64,000 nt of DNA, taken from NCBI GenBank assembly GCA_904063045.1, contig CAJFCJ010000052.1, forward strand, positions 28,110 to 92,109, read 5' to 3'. The position numbers were made by a program, and so were the translations under genes. Of this stretch, positions 1 to 14,961 are shown piece by piece (the first letter of the stretch is position 1; each line of letters opens with the position of its first letter). The notes under the pieces are model-generated. The model was not told the origin of the DNA. It saw nothing but the letters and a program-made list of their open reading frames with translations, and searched no databases. This stretch comes from Dimorphilus gyrociliatus (lineage: Eukaryota; Animalia; Annelida).

Positions 1-60
1 AATAGTTTCAAACATGGAAAATTTTTCAAAAAATCATGTTTTATATCAGATTTCATTTGT

Positions 61-2616
61 CTAGAAACAGTTATTACATTTTCTTATGATAGCAATTCTG
101 GAATGTTTTTCAGGCAAAATATTCGTAATTACATCTTTAATAATGATTAATTTCTGAAATTTTGAAATATTTGTCAAGTTAATTGATGGAATTTGATTAA
201 ATGATAAATCAAGGTGTAAAACTGAAAATTTGCCGAACAGAATAGAATTCAATTGTTTTAAAAAGTTTCCTTTACCGTAGAATATTTGTAATTTTAAAAG
301 GTAGTCAACACTTTTCCTATAAAAAATACCCTTGTCTTGTGTAACTGATATCATGAATCACTAAATTTTGAATATTTCTAACAACATCATCAACACTCAT
401 TAAACTTTGAGTTAAATTTTAAAAAGTATCGTAATGTTTTTCAATTTTTTTAAGAAGAAAATTGAAAATTGTCGCATTTTTTATGTTTATTAAATACAAC
501 TTTTTCGCGAATAATCGTTTTTCATAATTTCATGAAATTTTCATTTGAAGTTTTAAAATTGCATTCAATTTCAAAACGAATTCTGCAGACACATTTTATT
601 GGACATTTGAAAGGTTTACAATACAATTCGTCGCTTCCATCTATTTGTCCATCGCAAACTTGAGTTTTACTTAATAAGATTCCATCTTTACAGGAAAAAT
701 ATCCAATTGGATGAAAGAATTCGTCTAAGAAATTTTTTTTTCAATAGTGAAATGACGTCATCAATGAATTTTTATCTATACCACATCATACCACAGAAAT
801 TGTCATCGTCTCCATAATCGCAGTGTTTTTCTCCATCGCATACATTTTTAATTGGAATACAAAAATTAGCAACATAGCATTGATATTCTCCGATATTACA
901 CTCAGTTTTATAACAATTGTATAATTGTTTAAATGAATAATGGATTTCTGATGTTAATTCACACATAGAACTCAACTTTAGGTGACAATTCTCTCCATTT
1001 TCACAGCGAAGGGCGCTGAAATACTTCGAAAAGACAAGGCATTCCTCCTTTATCATATCATTCATTTGGTTGATTATTCTAGTCAGCTACATAATAATTT
1101 TTTACTTGCAAAGAATCCATTTTGTATTCGAGTCCAATAAAAATGTGGATAATTTTCACATACAGCTGCTGTTTCGTCATTGTATCCTGTACAATTCGAT
1201 CTAACATCGCATTTGTAAGACTCATCTAAGCATCTATTATCGCAATGAAACCAACCAGATTGGCAATCTTCTTCATGACAGTCTTCATCAGAAAAGTCAA
1301 TACAATTTCTTTACCTTTTTATCTATCGTTTTTCATTATACATTGGTCATTTTTACAAAGAAATCTATTTCCTAAATTACAATTTCTGTAAACTAGAAAA
1401 AAAAAATTGTTGTTTTTTTTTAATTAATTATTATCTGTTTAAGGAAAAATAAAAAAGAGATTTATTTAACTGCAACCTTTCTCATCTTGACCATCTGGGC
1501 AATCTTTGATATGATTGCAAACTCTATATTTGAAAATTCTTTGTTAATTTTTCTGTGAAAAAAAATCGAAAAAACGGAAAATATAAAAAAGTAGGTCAAC
1601 CGACGATGCGTTTAAAAAAATAACATGTCTTACTAATATCAATAGTTTTTTGGCAGATAACTATAGATAATATTAAACCGTTATATTGAATAGATAAAAA
1701 TTTTGATTTCATATTAAGAGCAGACAATATCGATTGGATCCAATTTCTTTTATTGTATGAAAACATTGCCTATTTCAATGGTTTTGTCAATTGTTTATTG
1801 GTTTTAAAAAAAATTGCGTTTATTTCTTTACTTTAAAATATTACGATCAAATGAAGAGCCTATCATATAGAATGGGGTTTTTTTATCAACAGCTTTCTGA
1901 AATTTAGGGGAAGTTCTCCTTAATGGATTATCTGTTGAGAAATTGTACAAAAAAATGGGAAAAATGTTGAAGTTTCATTCCATACCCAATGCTATAAAAT
2001 CTTCATGAACATTTTTCCAATTATCACCTTTTAAATCACTTCTATCATCTTCTTTTTTCAATATTGAAGGTATAACAATATTTTGAATGAAAAGTCGTTC
2101 CTTCAATGAGGACAATTCAAGAACTGATAGGTTGTATTTTTTACAGAAATGTGTTGCTTTGTTCTAAGAACTTTAAAACATTTATTCTGAAATTTATAAG
2201 TGTTTGACTGCAGACAAATATCATTATTGTTATCTAATTGATTAGAATTGAAAGAAAGGAATTGAAAAAACTTATCTATTTCATTAAAAATAAAACAAAA
2301 GACAATTTACTAATCACACTTGTATCTGAACTATTATAACAATGAAATTTTGGAATATATTTATCAGCCCTTTCAAACCATTCAACATCATTTGGATATA
2401 TATATATATATAGCAATCAGAGAGATTTTTTGCAACTTTACAATCAATTTCCAATTCAACAGGATAAAGATAATTCAAATCTCTTATTATTTCATCAACC
2501 TCTAAATCAATTTCATCATGTTTATATCCAAAACGACGACAGATAATCTGATAATCATTCACATATAGTGGTCGACAAAAAAACCCAGACACCATAAATT
2601 TTGATAGGCCGAACAT
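61..2616 (-). pseudogene. GRL101-like receptor paralog 1, N-terminal part (SRCR-like, LDLa repeats, LRR); continues off the window start and appears decayed
   Basis: 2314-2616 SRCR-like (YQIICRRFGY...EIDC). LDLa repeats at ~1150-1390 (containing an in-frame stop) and 772-1065 (CNIGEYQCYVANFCIPIKNVCDGEKHCDYGDDD). LRR at 61-354 (VLHLDLSFNQI). Same domain order as the 7231-14961 gene. Confidence 0.65.
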
Positions 2617-2809
2617 TATAAATCTTTTTCACCAGCAAAAAAGATTCTTTTTTTTATTTTTCAAGTATAAAATATTAGTTTAAGGTTTGATATATACATG
2701 AGTTTCTTTTAAATATCATTTAGATAAGTTTTCACATAAATGTTTTTGTTTTCTTATTTGGCCATGAGACATTATTACTCGGATGATGGTTTGGGGATTA
2801 ATATTTTTA

Positions 2810-3400
2810 TTATTTTTGAATATGACAACCCTCATTTACAATACATTTACTAATCCTACCTCCCATCCCTGCATATAAATTTAGTAGCAAGTCAGGATTT
2901 TGAGTTATAACCTGGTATGAACATTTTTTTATTTTCTCCCACAGTTCATCCCCAGATTGAAATTGTGCCCCATCATAAACTAAATTTTTTGTCAGGTGCC
3001 ACATATTTTCTATAGGGCTCAGGTCAGGGCTCTTTGCTGGCCAATCAATTGGATTGATACCATTCATTCTAAAGGCCCTCCTAGTTGCTCTTGCTGTGGC
3101 AGCCTGTGTTATCTTGTTGGAAGATGTAATTCCTGCCCATTTTGAGTGATATCTCTTCAATGACAGGAAGAACATCTTCCACAACAAAACAGCTATAATT
3201 TTTGACTTATCCTCCAAACTTCAAATACCCCATCTGAGGTTATTAATCCCCACACCATCACTCCACCTCTTCCCATATTTTTAGTGACTCTAAAATTTTT
3301 TTCACCATCTTTTGTCCACATTCTGAAATCATCAGGCCCACTCAGAGAGAATCTGGCCTTGTCTGTGAAAATCACTCTTGACCAGTCCAGATTTTCAGCA
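2810..3400 (-). mobile_element. Tc1-like DDE transposase remnant (frameshifted), with imperfect inverted repeats at ~2750-2780 and ~3603-3632
   Basis: LDWSRVIFTDKARF, GGVMVWG, FQQDN and WPAKSPDLSPIENMW motifs spread over different frames. TTCTTATTTGGCCATGAGACATTATTAC is nearly the reverse complement of GTTAATAACGTCTCATGACCAAATAAAGAA. Confidence 0.9.
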
Positions 3401-4379
3401 ATTGTTTTGAGGCCTAACCCTGTTCTAGAATCCTAACGTCTTTACCCCATGCAGTAATTAAGTAAATAGAATTTAAAGTTAACTACAGTAATTAAAATAG
3501 ATCAAAAGTGATTACATAACTTTGAAAATTAGTTTGGTTAAAAAAAATTTCTGTTTAGGATGTTAATTTGAATCCAAAACTGGAAACAAAACGGATGTGC
3601 GGTTAATAACGTCTCATGACCAAATAAAGAAAAAATTAATTAAAATTATTAAAAAAAATTTTCCTATTAGTATTCACAAATATGATAATTTTGTCATTTT
3701 TTTTTAATATTACATAAATATAACCCTTTATCAATGTAAATTTCCTAAAAAAACTAATTTCAAACAAAAAAACACCACTATATATACATATATAAATTTA
3801 TATAACTATATATATATACTTATAATTCTAGTGAAGAACCTTGATTTGTTTTGAAGAAAGATTTGAAAAAATAACAGAATTCCATGTTTTATTATAGCAA
3901 ATTGCTAAATATCCATATTGTCCAACATCAAGTGTAGATTAAGTAGAATTGTATTCATTACTTTGATTTTTTAGGTAAATTGAATCTCTTAATTGAAATT
4001 TATCATCTAAGTTTAAAGTAAAGTTCAAATGCTATCCATCCATAATTTCTACGTGTTGATCTAAAAAACTAGAAAAAAAACTACACCTTCATTTGTACAA
4101 TTTTCCATTTCACATTTTTGAAAAATGCTTAAATAGTTAGAATTAATTAATTGGTAGGATTCTTATTATTGAATATAGGATTGTTAAAATCACACGAGAT
4201 GCATACAAATAGTAGTTTCTTTTTTGTAAAATAAAACAAGTGGGATTCATCCAAATTATTATAGTAAACTCCCTTGATATGATCTTTCAGTCATCCAAAC
4301 AGCTAATAATCATTACTGTATGGGGGATACAGGCATATAGAATATTTCTATGCTTTCCTTTCATATTCATTAATTTTGC

Positions 4380-4644
4380 GAGCAGCTTATATCTGGATCC
4401 AAGGACCTGGGAAGATAACCTGGAAACAATCCATCTACTCCTCAACATTGGAAGACAGTTTGGTAATTTGGCAACCTGCTATTACGAACTATCTATTCTG
4501 CTATTGAACTCTCATATTACTACTTGCTTAAGTATTATTATTGCGAATAAACTGTTTTAATTTAAACATTTGTTTAAAGGTTCGAGTAGAACCAGTATTG
4601 TTATAACTTGCAAACGCATTGATTTTGCCAGCAAGAGCAGTACA
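4380..4644 (+). mobile_element. Partial LTR (3' part) of the Gypsy family at 58054
   Basis: Near-identical to the 3' ~270 bp of the 58054-58688 LTR; ends GCAAGAGCAGTACA. Confidence 0.9.
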
Positions 4645-4879
4645 ATATCTATGAGGAAACTTTTTAACTTAAGTTCACATATATTTTTGAACTTTAGTTT
4701 CTAGCTAAAATCGTAAACACTTTAACCATGGTTAGTGGGTATCCTTTAAAACCACGAAATTAGTCAATTTTTAATGGAAGCTCACAAGTATTTGAACATG
4801 GGAAAGAATATTTTTTTCTACATGGGTAAATTGAGTATCATTTTTCTTTCAATGAGTTATGCTTATTTTTTTCATTTTA

Positions 4880-5560
4880 GCTCTGATAATTGCGAATCAA
4901 ATTGCAAAAGCTCAAGCTAATGGTTCTGGTAATACAAGCTTTTATTTACCTTCCAATAAAGTGTCCAGCCAAAATGTAAATTGTACATCAGTGGCTACGG
5001 TCCTTTGAATGGTTGTAACATCATCTCTTTTTGTAATACCACTTGCAGCAGTATTAATTATTGCTTGTGTAGCTAAATGCAGATGATAAGCCTTTTGATT
5101 ACATTACTGGAATTATTCCTATCATGTACCTATTTGGAGGATCTTCTCAAAAAATCAAACATTTTAACACAGGAATAGTTAAATTATTTATTGTGCGTTT
5201 TCTCACTAATTTATTGTCTTATCTCACAGTTTTAAATATAAACAGATAAATTACAACTGATTGTAATACTTAAATATTGGAATTCCATCCATATTTATTT
5301 CAAAATCTAAATCTCTTCAATGCTTTAGTCATATACTCTCTTTATATCTGGAAGCCTTTCTTCTTAGTGATTCTAATTCTGGCAAGTCTTCAATATTGTC
5401 GTGAAATTTAAGGATAATATCTTCTGCTATTCTTTTGTTCAGTTGTTTCATTATCACCATTTGCATTTCCTTCAAATCTATTCCTGATTCAAAAACTTTT
5501 TCCAGATTTCCAAGTAGGTCAAAATGCCCTTAAATGGGCCAGCAATAGACTTGTTCATTT
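4880..5560 (-). pseudogene. Degenerate DNA-transposon transposase remnant (possibly CMC/EnSpm-Mirage type)
   Basis: Broken frames contain INMDGIPIFK and an IC(D)LATQAIIN-like segment; many stops. Confidence 0.35.
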
Positions 5561-5809
5561 AAATATATTTTAGAGATTGTTTTTTTCTTGCTGTGCATTT
5601 TAGTTCATTCCACTTTTATTAAAAAGTATGAACTACTACATACCTCAGACTACCATTGCTTTTAAATGAAAGAAACAAAAGTAATCCTTCAAAAAAATTC
5701 TAATTGTCATGATTATCAATTATTTTGTGCTAAAACTGTCTTCATGCGAGGCACAAAGGTGTGACCCATTTATAATTCAATTAACCCTTCTAAAGATTGG
5801 ACTTTGTAA

Positions 5810-6175
5810 CACCCTGTTAGTAAAAAAAACATGAACTAAATTGTTCACCAACTGCAAAGTGATGAATGGATACTAGAGGCAAACCTCAAAGTATATAAAT
5901 CCTGACTGTTTCATTCCAATCATTTAATCTCAATGTAATCATTAGAGAAGATAATTTGAAAACAAGCCTCTACTCTTTAATATTGGATACTAATTTGGTA
6001 ATTTGGCACCCTGCTATTTGAACCATCTACTCTGCAATTGAACTTTCATATTGCTACTTGCTATGTATTTTATTTTGAATGAACCATTTAAATCAAATGT
6101 TTGTTTAAAAACTGGCGTAGAATCAGTACTGTTGTAACTAGCAAACAAATAAATTGGCCATACAAGAGCAGTAGA
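5810..6175 (+). mobile_element. Diverged LTR fragment (subfamily B of the same LTR family)
   Basis: Shares GGCAAACCTCAAAGTATATAAATCC, TTTGGTAATTTGGCA-CCTGCTA and CAAGAGCAGTA with the main LTR, but the middle segment differs. Confidence 0.8.
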
Positions 6176-6249
6176 GCATCATCCTAGGGAGATATGTTGT
6201 ATAAAGAGTAACAGACAACACATGGGCACACTTTTATTTTTGTAACTGT

Positions 6250-6279
6250 TATATCGGAAATGACTATATCGGAAATGAC
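6250..6279. repeat. Tandem 15-bp duplication (TATATCGGAAATGAC)x2
   Basis: Direct reading of the sequence. Confidence 0.9.
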
Positions 6280-7230
6280 TCCAACAATCTCAATGTAAAT
6301 GATAAGACAGACCCGATAGTCTTTTAAAGGTTCATGGTTGACAAATTTCAATGATCACAAAAACAAAAGTACAAAAAAAGAAAAATAAAAGTTGTAAATA
6401 TGGTCATATTTATATTGTTTTCCTTTTCTAAATAATAGTTGAAAACTGCTTATCTCTATCAGCCAACCAATACAATGTTTTATTAATATATTTCATGTAG
6501 AAGAGAGGGGATGAATATGACATTGTGAGGAAATTAATGAGCTTAGTCTTCCTGCTCACTAAATTTTTATAAGCAGCATTTCAGGTTAATTAAGAAATAT
6601 GTCCCTTTGAAGTGAAGTCTCTAATTATGTTCATTGAAACGCAGAAAGTCAGGGGTATAATTTTTATATGGGAAGGCTTTAAGGATTAATAACAATCATG
6701 CTGACGGGCATTACAAGCTAAATAAGAATATTGACACTCACTATGCGTTCTATATTCTTTTTTATGATCTAAAAAGAGAAGCAGGTTTGATATTTTTTTT
6801 TCCAAGTGTGTTGTGGTTTGTTGACAACGATCAATAACTGAAAAATGGAAAATTTGAGATGCATTGGATGGATACTTCATTCCGGATCTTATGCTTTATT
6901 ATAGAGATTTTTGATATAGTTAAAACAGGGGCATGATGAAACTGTCTCAAGAAAAATGGTGCGACTATGTGGAAAAAGATGAAAAGATTACCTCAGCAGT
7001 ACAAATATTAAAGAAATTTGAAACTTAAGTGACATAAGCGAAATCTTAATCTAGACTTTTCCTGAAAGCTTTAAATTAATTAGATTCATTCACTTTTGAA
7101 ATCCTATACCAATATAATAAAATGGATTCCTTTCTATGTAAAAGCAAGACAATATAAATAATTTTTAATTAAAATCTTTGAATATCACAATTGAAAATTG
7201 TTTTCTTTTCCCCTCTAATCAATTTTAGAA

Positions 7231-10200
7231 ATGCTGTTAATCTACTTTTTCTTTGAATTTTTAAATTTTTGTCATTCATTTCAAATTACATTTAAAACTA
7301 TTGAAAAAGATGATATTTTCCATAACAATTTGGCCGTAATTTTTGATAATTATTCACAAAAATATTATCCAATATTATTAGACGGTTGCAATATGTACAA
7401 TTTGACATCTTTATGCAAATTACACGGTTTTGATGACTATCACTCTGAAATGGTTACTTGCTTTGGAAACCGTTTTGGTAATTTATCAAATCTCTTCATT
7501 AAAACTGTGTACTGGACAAAAAAATTTCGAATATATTCAACAAAAATGTCAATAATTTGAAATTTTTATGTCCATTAATCATGGTTTTTGTGATTGCTTT
7601 GATGCATTTAAAAGAAAAATATTTTATTATTTTTTCAATAGAAGAAGATAAGGCATATGAAAACTACAATGGAAAATATATTTTGAGGAATTTAAAAGAT
7701 TTAAATTCAAAAATTCCTCAAAATTTTTTGTGCATTAAATGTTGGAAAAAAAGAGATTGTTTAGTTTTTTTTTAATTATTTTCAACAAGAAAATTTTTAA
7801 ATTGTTCTTTTATTCTTTTAGATATATTTACTGTTGTAAATTTCAATACATTCACACCTATTTACAGGGAAAATAATATCAATTATAGATTAGAGAAAAC
7901 TATCAGAAACTTTTGCACAGAGGGTCTATTTTTTGTAGCCAAAAATATCTCATTAAATCCTGAAAAATTATATGTTAGAAATAGTCGAAATAAAAAATAC
8001 CAACTTTTAAATGTAACCAAATCCAAAAAAGAGATTTATTCAAATTGTAAAATTCCAAAAGTCTTTTTACAAAACAGAAGTTTGTTATCCTTTTAAAACA
8101 AAGAACATAAAAAATTGTTTTTTTAAACATTCATTAAATTTAGATTTCTTTAAAAACTTTAATTTCAATGTTTTTATTAAAAAACATGATTCTGAAAAAA
8201 TTAAACATTTGTCCTATAAATCAAGATACTTGAATTTTTTAGTATATTCTTTAAATGATAAAAGTGTTGAATGGAGAATTATTGTGGATTATTTATGTTC
8301 ACATTATTCAAAATATGTCAACTATGACACAATTTTAATTAATGAAACACAGAAAAATAGTGAATGTTTCAAAAGAGATACATTCAATTGCAAAAATTTG
8401 ACTTCTCCATCTTGTATTTATACATCATTTGTAATGGAATCAGTAAAATTGTACTGTAAAACAGAAACAAATGATGTTTTTAATTGCTTTGCTATTAATT
8501 TCTATGCAATGGGAATAAAATACTTTAATGTGAATTTTACTTGTTCATATGATGTGATTCCACTTGGTATTCAATTAAATATAAATTTATAAATGATTTG
8601 ATAGCAATTTGACCTAGATTTAGATATATTTATTAAAATTTCTATATAGCTAATTTCTTTAATTTAGACTGATACGAGGATATCTTGTATTTAGCAAAAA
8701 AGCAATTCTATATCTCGCTCACACTCTCTCACATTAATTTTTTTTCATAAAAGGTAGTCAAGATTTTCGATTTGTTAATAATCAAAATCAAGTTGTCTCT
8801 AAAACCACAAGTGGAACTCATACAAATGTTGTCATTATCAAAGATTTAGAAATGAATATAAATGATTTTTGGTTGAAAATTTCATTATTGTCTGTGAAAA
8901 GTTTTGAAATTAAACTTATTTGTCAGCATTTTGGATTTTCTTATGGTACATTTATACCAATGAAAAAATCCTTTGAAATAAGGAATCTTGGGTTAGAATG
9001 CAAAAAAAGTTATTCATTTCTTATTCAGTGTAAGATAACATATTCTCTGTAAGTTCTTTAGAATAAACAATTTGTTGATATAAGCAAAACAAATTAGGCC
9101 TATTCTTGAAAATTATCAATTCATATACTGTACTGTACATGAGTAGTTTTTGTAGGATATGAGTCCTATCGAACAGTAAATCTAATAAGAAAATCACTTT
9201 TGGTGGTCTGTTAATGTAGTTTATAAATTATTTGATTAGGTTTTGATATGAAATCGTCCATATTGTTGGCAGTTGATTTAAGTGTAGAAAAAACACTTTT
9301 CAATTCGTTTGAATCAGTTAAGATGTTTTTTTAAAAAAAAATCGTATTTGCTTTATGTCAACAATATTTAAAAAGAAACAAACAAATGATATATTATCAT
9401 TTATTTTTTGCTTTCTTAAAGAATTGTTAGTTATTATGTTTATAATGATATTGACAGTTTGTTTGCAATTAAATGTTCAAAAGAGAGAATTCAAGGTAAT
9501 TTTTTTTATCTGAATGAAAAAATAAAACAATTTAAAAGTCTCTTTAGATTGCACTGATAAAAATGCCTTAATAATTGCTGATGTATGCTATTCTATCTTT
9601 GGCAGTAATACTTTTAAATCTGCAATTGCTGTTAATGAACATTGTAAGAAAAGAAATCTAACAACTTGGGATAATTTACTGCAATATAAAACTGAAATTA
9701 TCGAATTTTTAAAAAACGAAAATTCACGAATTAAAATAATTACAGGTTTTTTCGTCTTTAACATTTTCACATCTTTTATTATGAAACTTTACCAGTTGTC
9801 AATGAATTGACACCTACAAATCGTCCAATTGAATTATTTGACGAAGTTTACAGAAAAGTTGGTTTTTTTTAATTTGTTAAAGAAAAGGAAAGTTTTTCTA
9901 TTTTCAAAAAAAGGAACCAAGCCATTTTAAAAGAGAGTTAATATATAAAACTAAATCTAGAGAAAATATTAAAGAAAAAGAAGATATTTGTTTAGAACAT
10001 TATCTTGCAGAGCGTCAAGAAGGTGGAAGACTGATAAATCAAGTAACATTTTCATTTATTATTTGTTCTGTGGAAACTATTCAATATTTTGCTTGCCAAA
10101 TGATACCTAGTATGAATTTTTGTGTATTAATTTCTATTAAATAAGACCTTTTAGGTTGAGCCCTTTTAATTTTTTTTTTTGATATTTAATATTCGGACAC

Positions 10201-13200
10201 GACAGAAAATGTCCACAAATGAGTGCTGTTACCCTAACCCAGCCCTTAGCTGTACCTAACCTTTTCCATTACCCCTAACCCTCAGAGGAGACCCTCCTAA
10301 CTGCAAATCAGTTACTGTTTTCTTTTGCCTAACCATTTCTCAATCCAAATTTTTGTCTTGAAATTTCTCATTTGTGGACGTTTTCTGTCGACCCCTTAAT
10401 ATTCTTGCCATCAGGGACTGTCTAATTTTATCTCTATAACTGTTACTCCACTTTTTTTTACCCTAAAATTATCTTTACAGAGATGAACTATCTTCAAAAC
10501 AAATATAAAATCTGGAATGATGATCTAACGTCTAAAAACTACTCATCATTGTGCCTATCAAATGAAAATAATTGCAGTACAAATGGTAAGTTAACACTTA
10601 TTAATTAAAATTAAAAAAAAAGCATTTTCCTTGTTTTAATATAGGCTTTCATTTATTCAACTATAATATAAATTTAAAAACTCTATTCCAATGTCCCAAA
10701 TTTACATATGAATGCAATATATACAAATTTTGTATAAGTATTTCTGCAGTTTGTGATGGTGTTAATGATTGTCCAAATGGTGATGATGAAAAAAATTGCT
10801 CATACAATTACTTTAAATGTTTCAATGGACAATATAAAATTTCAATAAACCAGCTTTGCGACTTTGTAAGCGATTGCAATGACAAATCTGATGAAAATTT
10901 TTGTAATATCAATTCAGATATTTCTCTACAAAGAATGTCCTTGTTAGTTATATTTTACATTTAGCAATCATTTCTTATTAATGGACAAGGGATTTTTTTT
11001 TAGAAATTATACAATTTGTGCTTTTGGAAAGTGTGAAAGGGTTTTAAATTCGTTCACAAAAAAAGACCATTGTCTTGAGACAACAGATACGATAATATGC
11101 CAAGATAAATGTTTTCCTTCTAACTTGAACACTGTTTGCTTCCAATCGCATAGGGATTTCTTTACATATAGGTAAGTAGCGAATTGTATTTGAAAAATGA
11201 TTTTAGCCTTTATGATATGATCACTTTACAGTTTAGCAAATTATGCACATTATCTTCGCCCTTTTAAGAGATTAGTAAACTTTATTGAGGTAAATTTGAA
11301 AGAATGTTTTTCATTGTATTCAGCTAAAAAGTAAAAGAAAAAATATATTGATAGTTTTTCATTTGTTCATTAATTTTCCTTAACATTTTGTTTTTATAAA
11401 AAAAAAGTTTGACTAATAGAGCAAGAGTACAGAAAATTAAGACATGTATTAAAACCACGCCATTGTTCATAAATTTGTAAGTAGGGGAGGCGATAAAACA
11501 ATAATTTCAATATAATTCGTTTTTTCTTATAGGGCAATTAATATACTTTACTTTCCAAATTCACCAAAAACTAAAAGAAAAATCAGACAATACACCAACA
11601 AAATTTACAAATGTGTTAACAAACTTAAGTAAGTTCGCACCCCCACCCAATTTAAATATTAATTTATTCATGTTTTTTATATTTTTAAATTTTTTAAATT
11701 TTAAATTTCCCTTTTTTGTTTTTTGAAAATGTTAGAAATTATAATGAAATTAATTTTGAACGTATTTTCAAATGCTTTAAATTTCGTGAGAAAATTGAGT
11801 TTGTGTTTTAAATTATTCTTTTTTAAACTTTAATAAAAAGATATTCTTTTAAAAATTCCTTAGAATTTTTCGAAGTTTATATGAATGCAATGAAATACTT
11901 GTTGGACTATAGTAAATATTTTCTAGACAATGATGCATTAACAGTTATATATAAACCTAATAGGCCTACACAATTTTACTCATATTTTATAATAATCTAA
12001 AACTTTATAGCATTCCAGATTTTGCATATGCAAACCATGCTGATCAAAACAATTATTATGGGACTTGCAAAAGATTTTTCAACATTATTGATAAGTAGGT
12101 CATTCTATTTAGATTTTTTTTTTATAAAATACTTTTCTATTTTCTTTCTTAGACTTTTAACAAAGAATTCTGTAAAAAACGATATCAGATATTTTTATCC
12201 TACAAAGTGTAGATTGACCTATGATATAGGCTATAATTTGAGAAATAGAATGTATGCACCATATAATGACTTAGCAGTTTGTGAGAATATCTCGTGTTTT
12301 CCGGGAGAGTATCGATGTAAATATTTTGCATATTGTATATCAATCGAGCAAATATGTGATGGAAAAAATCACTGTTGGTATGGAGATGATGAATCTGGAT
12401 GTGGTCAGATACTTTATCTAAAAATTCTTTATTACAAATTTTAAATTCTATCCCATTTTTTTCATAAATAGATCAATATTTTCCAGCTGGATATTTTAAA
12501 TGTAAAAATGAAAGTAAATTCATTACAACAAATAAAGTTTGTGACAATACTTTGGATTGTCAATTGAAAAATGATGAAAACTTTTGTCCAAAATCTTATA
12601 AATGTCCTTTAAATTGTATTTGTACAAATTACGCAATGGCGTATTGTTCAAATGTATCAAAAACTCAATTTATTATTGATTTAAAAAATGATTTTCAAAA
12701 AAACATTTGTTTTAAAATTCTTGAAATTAGAAATATTTATTCTTTAAAATTTCAATTATCCTCAATTTTCATAATGAAATTAATAATAGAAAATTCAACA
12801 ACTGTTCTTCCATTTGATGATAAATTTTTTGTACCAAATATTGTTTTTTTAACTTTGAGAAAAACAAATTTAAAAAATTTATATTTTGTTCAAAAATATA
12901 AAAAAAACTTACTTCAACATTTAGATTTGTCAAACAATCCTTTAGATGGTTTAAATAATATGTCATTCAGTGTCTTTCCTCAACTTATTTCATTGGATTT
13001 ATCAATTACAAATTTACGGATAATAACCATTTATACATTTCAAAATCTTTCAAAACTTGAAAAATTAAATTTATCATTGTCAAAAATTTATTCAATATCT
13101 TCCAAATCATTTTTATCCATGAGCGATATTAAAGAAAATGATGCTAATGGAATAGAATTGAATTATAAAACAATGAAATTATTTTGGAAAAGTTTTCCAA

Positions 13201-14961
13201 ATTTAACAACATTTTCAAGCGATTATTACGAAATATGTTGCTTTTTAAAAAATCTCAACAAAACGGCTACAAATCTTAATTGTTTACCAAAATCATCAAA
13301 ACTTTTTTCGTGTAAAATATTACTTGGAAGTAGAGTAGTGTCATTTCTGTATAGAATAGTAGCAGTATGTTGTATTATTCAAACAACACTGTTATTCGGT
13401 TTCCGGATATATAATTATCATAGATTTTCTCAAATATTCAATTTATCTTCATCATTCCATCATGCAATTTCAACATTATGCCTTTTAGTGATTATTTATC
13501 AAGATATTATATTTAGGGATGAGTTCTATAAGTATTATAATCATTGGAAAAATCATTCTCTGTGTTCAGTTATTGGAGTTGTTATGACATTTTCAATTAT
13601 TTTAAATTCTGGAAATAATTTGCTTGTTAGTTTAGATCAATTTTTAAATGTCTATTCTCCATTTAAGAAAATATTAACAAATAAATTAGTCCTATGTGCA
13701 TTTATTTTTAACTATATATTTTCATTGGCGTGTTCAAGCTTTCCAATTGTTTTTTATCCAGTAAGCCTTTAAAAATAGAAATATGGCTATCAACTTTAAA
13801 ATTGTTTCTATATAGATTTTTTACTTTTTCAGATATTCTATTCAAAAACACCAATTTGTTTAAATTTAATTATGTATGATAATAGCTTGAATGATTGGTT
13901 TTTTGTTTATTTTAACTATGGTGTAATACTATTTGTTGAAAATGCATTATTATCTATTTTCTACATTATAATATTTAAAATAATACTGAAATCTGATTCT
14001 CAATTTAGTAACAGTACTTCAAAAAAAAGAAACATTTCAATGTCACTTCTTATTGGTGTATTTTTAAATTCATTTTTTTGGTGTTTTTTAACAATAACAG
14101 GTTAAAAAGTATTTCAAAATTGGAAATATAACATAATGTAATTATATATTTTCAATCATCAAAATTAGTTTTAATTAGAAAACTATTCTTATTCAATTTG
14201 ACCTATATTGAAAATTTATTAATAGTTGTTCTCGTGATTATATTTTCATATTTTATAATTCCATTTTGCTTTTCAATTAATGAATGGCAAGAAATTGTTG
14301 CAAAGAGATGTCAAAGAAAATACGAAATGAAACTTAAATTAGATGAACATGTTCAAACAGAAATTTTGAAAACATGTAATAAACACATTAGCCATCCATT
14401 TATCAATTCTATATATTTTAAACTTGAATGATTTTTTCTCAGCTATTAGTATACTGGTTGAAGAAACAAAATATTCTGTCATGCCATTTGCTGAATCGAC
14501 TAACATTTTAAAATTCACTTTTCACAAAGATCATTTCTCTAAATTCAGATATTTCTATTGTTTTAAATCTGTTACAATTGCAATTGACTATTTACACAAA
14601 AAATATATTTCTCTAGATGGAAAAATTGATTGTCAATATATTTTTTACGAAGTAAATTATTTGTTCCTCAACAAATTTAGCTTTTGATCATTTCAATATT
14701 AGGCCAGAAAATCTTAATAATGAAGAAAGTTTTATTGAAATGGTCAATTAACTGATAATTTTCACACATTCATGCATTCAACAAAATACTCTGATCATCT
14801 CTTTTTTCACTTAAAAGATTCTGAAATCTGGAAAATATAAATATTACCTAACGGCATGCAACAGTGTTGCTAAGGCAAACACCAATGAAAGTTCTGATAT
14901 ATATTCTCTTGGAAAATTTCTTAGAAAATTACTGCAACAACATCATTTATTGAAAAGATAA
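7231..14961 (+). CDS. GRL101-like LDLa-LRR-7TM receptor with N-terminal SRCR-like/CTL-like modules and a C-terminal pseudokinase-like domain (multi-exon; integrity of 5' exons uncertain)
   Basis: Signal-like MLLIYFFFEFLNFCHS. SRCR-like exons at 7231, 8209 and 8852; CTL-like exon at ~9548-9745; LDLa exons at ~10750-10915, ~12160-12406 and ~12470-12590. LRRNT/LRR/hinge and TM1-4 lie in 12552-13760. Phase-matched exons 13833-14100 (TM5-6), 14169-14375 (TM7 and tail), 14443-14651 (AIDYLHKK) and 14818-14961 (SSDIYSLGKFL). Confidence 0.75.
10195..10395 (+). mobile_element. MITE family A (TIR GGA(T/C)(G/A)CGACAGAAAA(C/T)GTCCACAAATGAG) with 9-bp TSD TTAATATTC
   Basis: TTAATATTC at 10186-10194 and 10396-10404; ~28-bp terminal inverted repeats; internal CCCTAA motifs. 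Confidence 0.92.

Noticed and set aside
6500-6880. Possible integrase-like remnant (FHFSVIDRC)
   Set aside because: Too degenerate; no DDE spacing recoverable.
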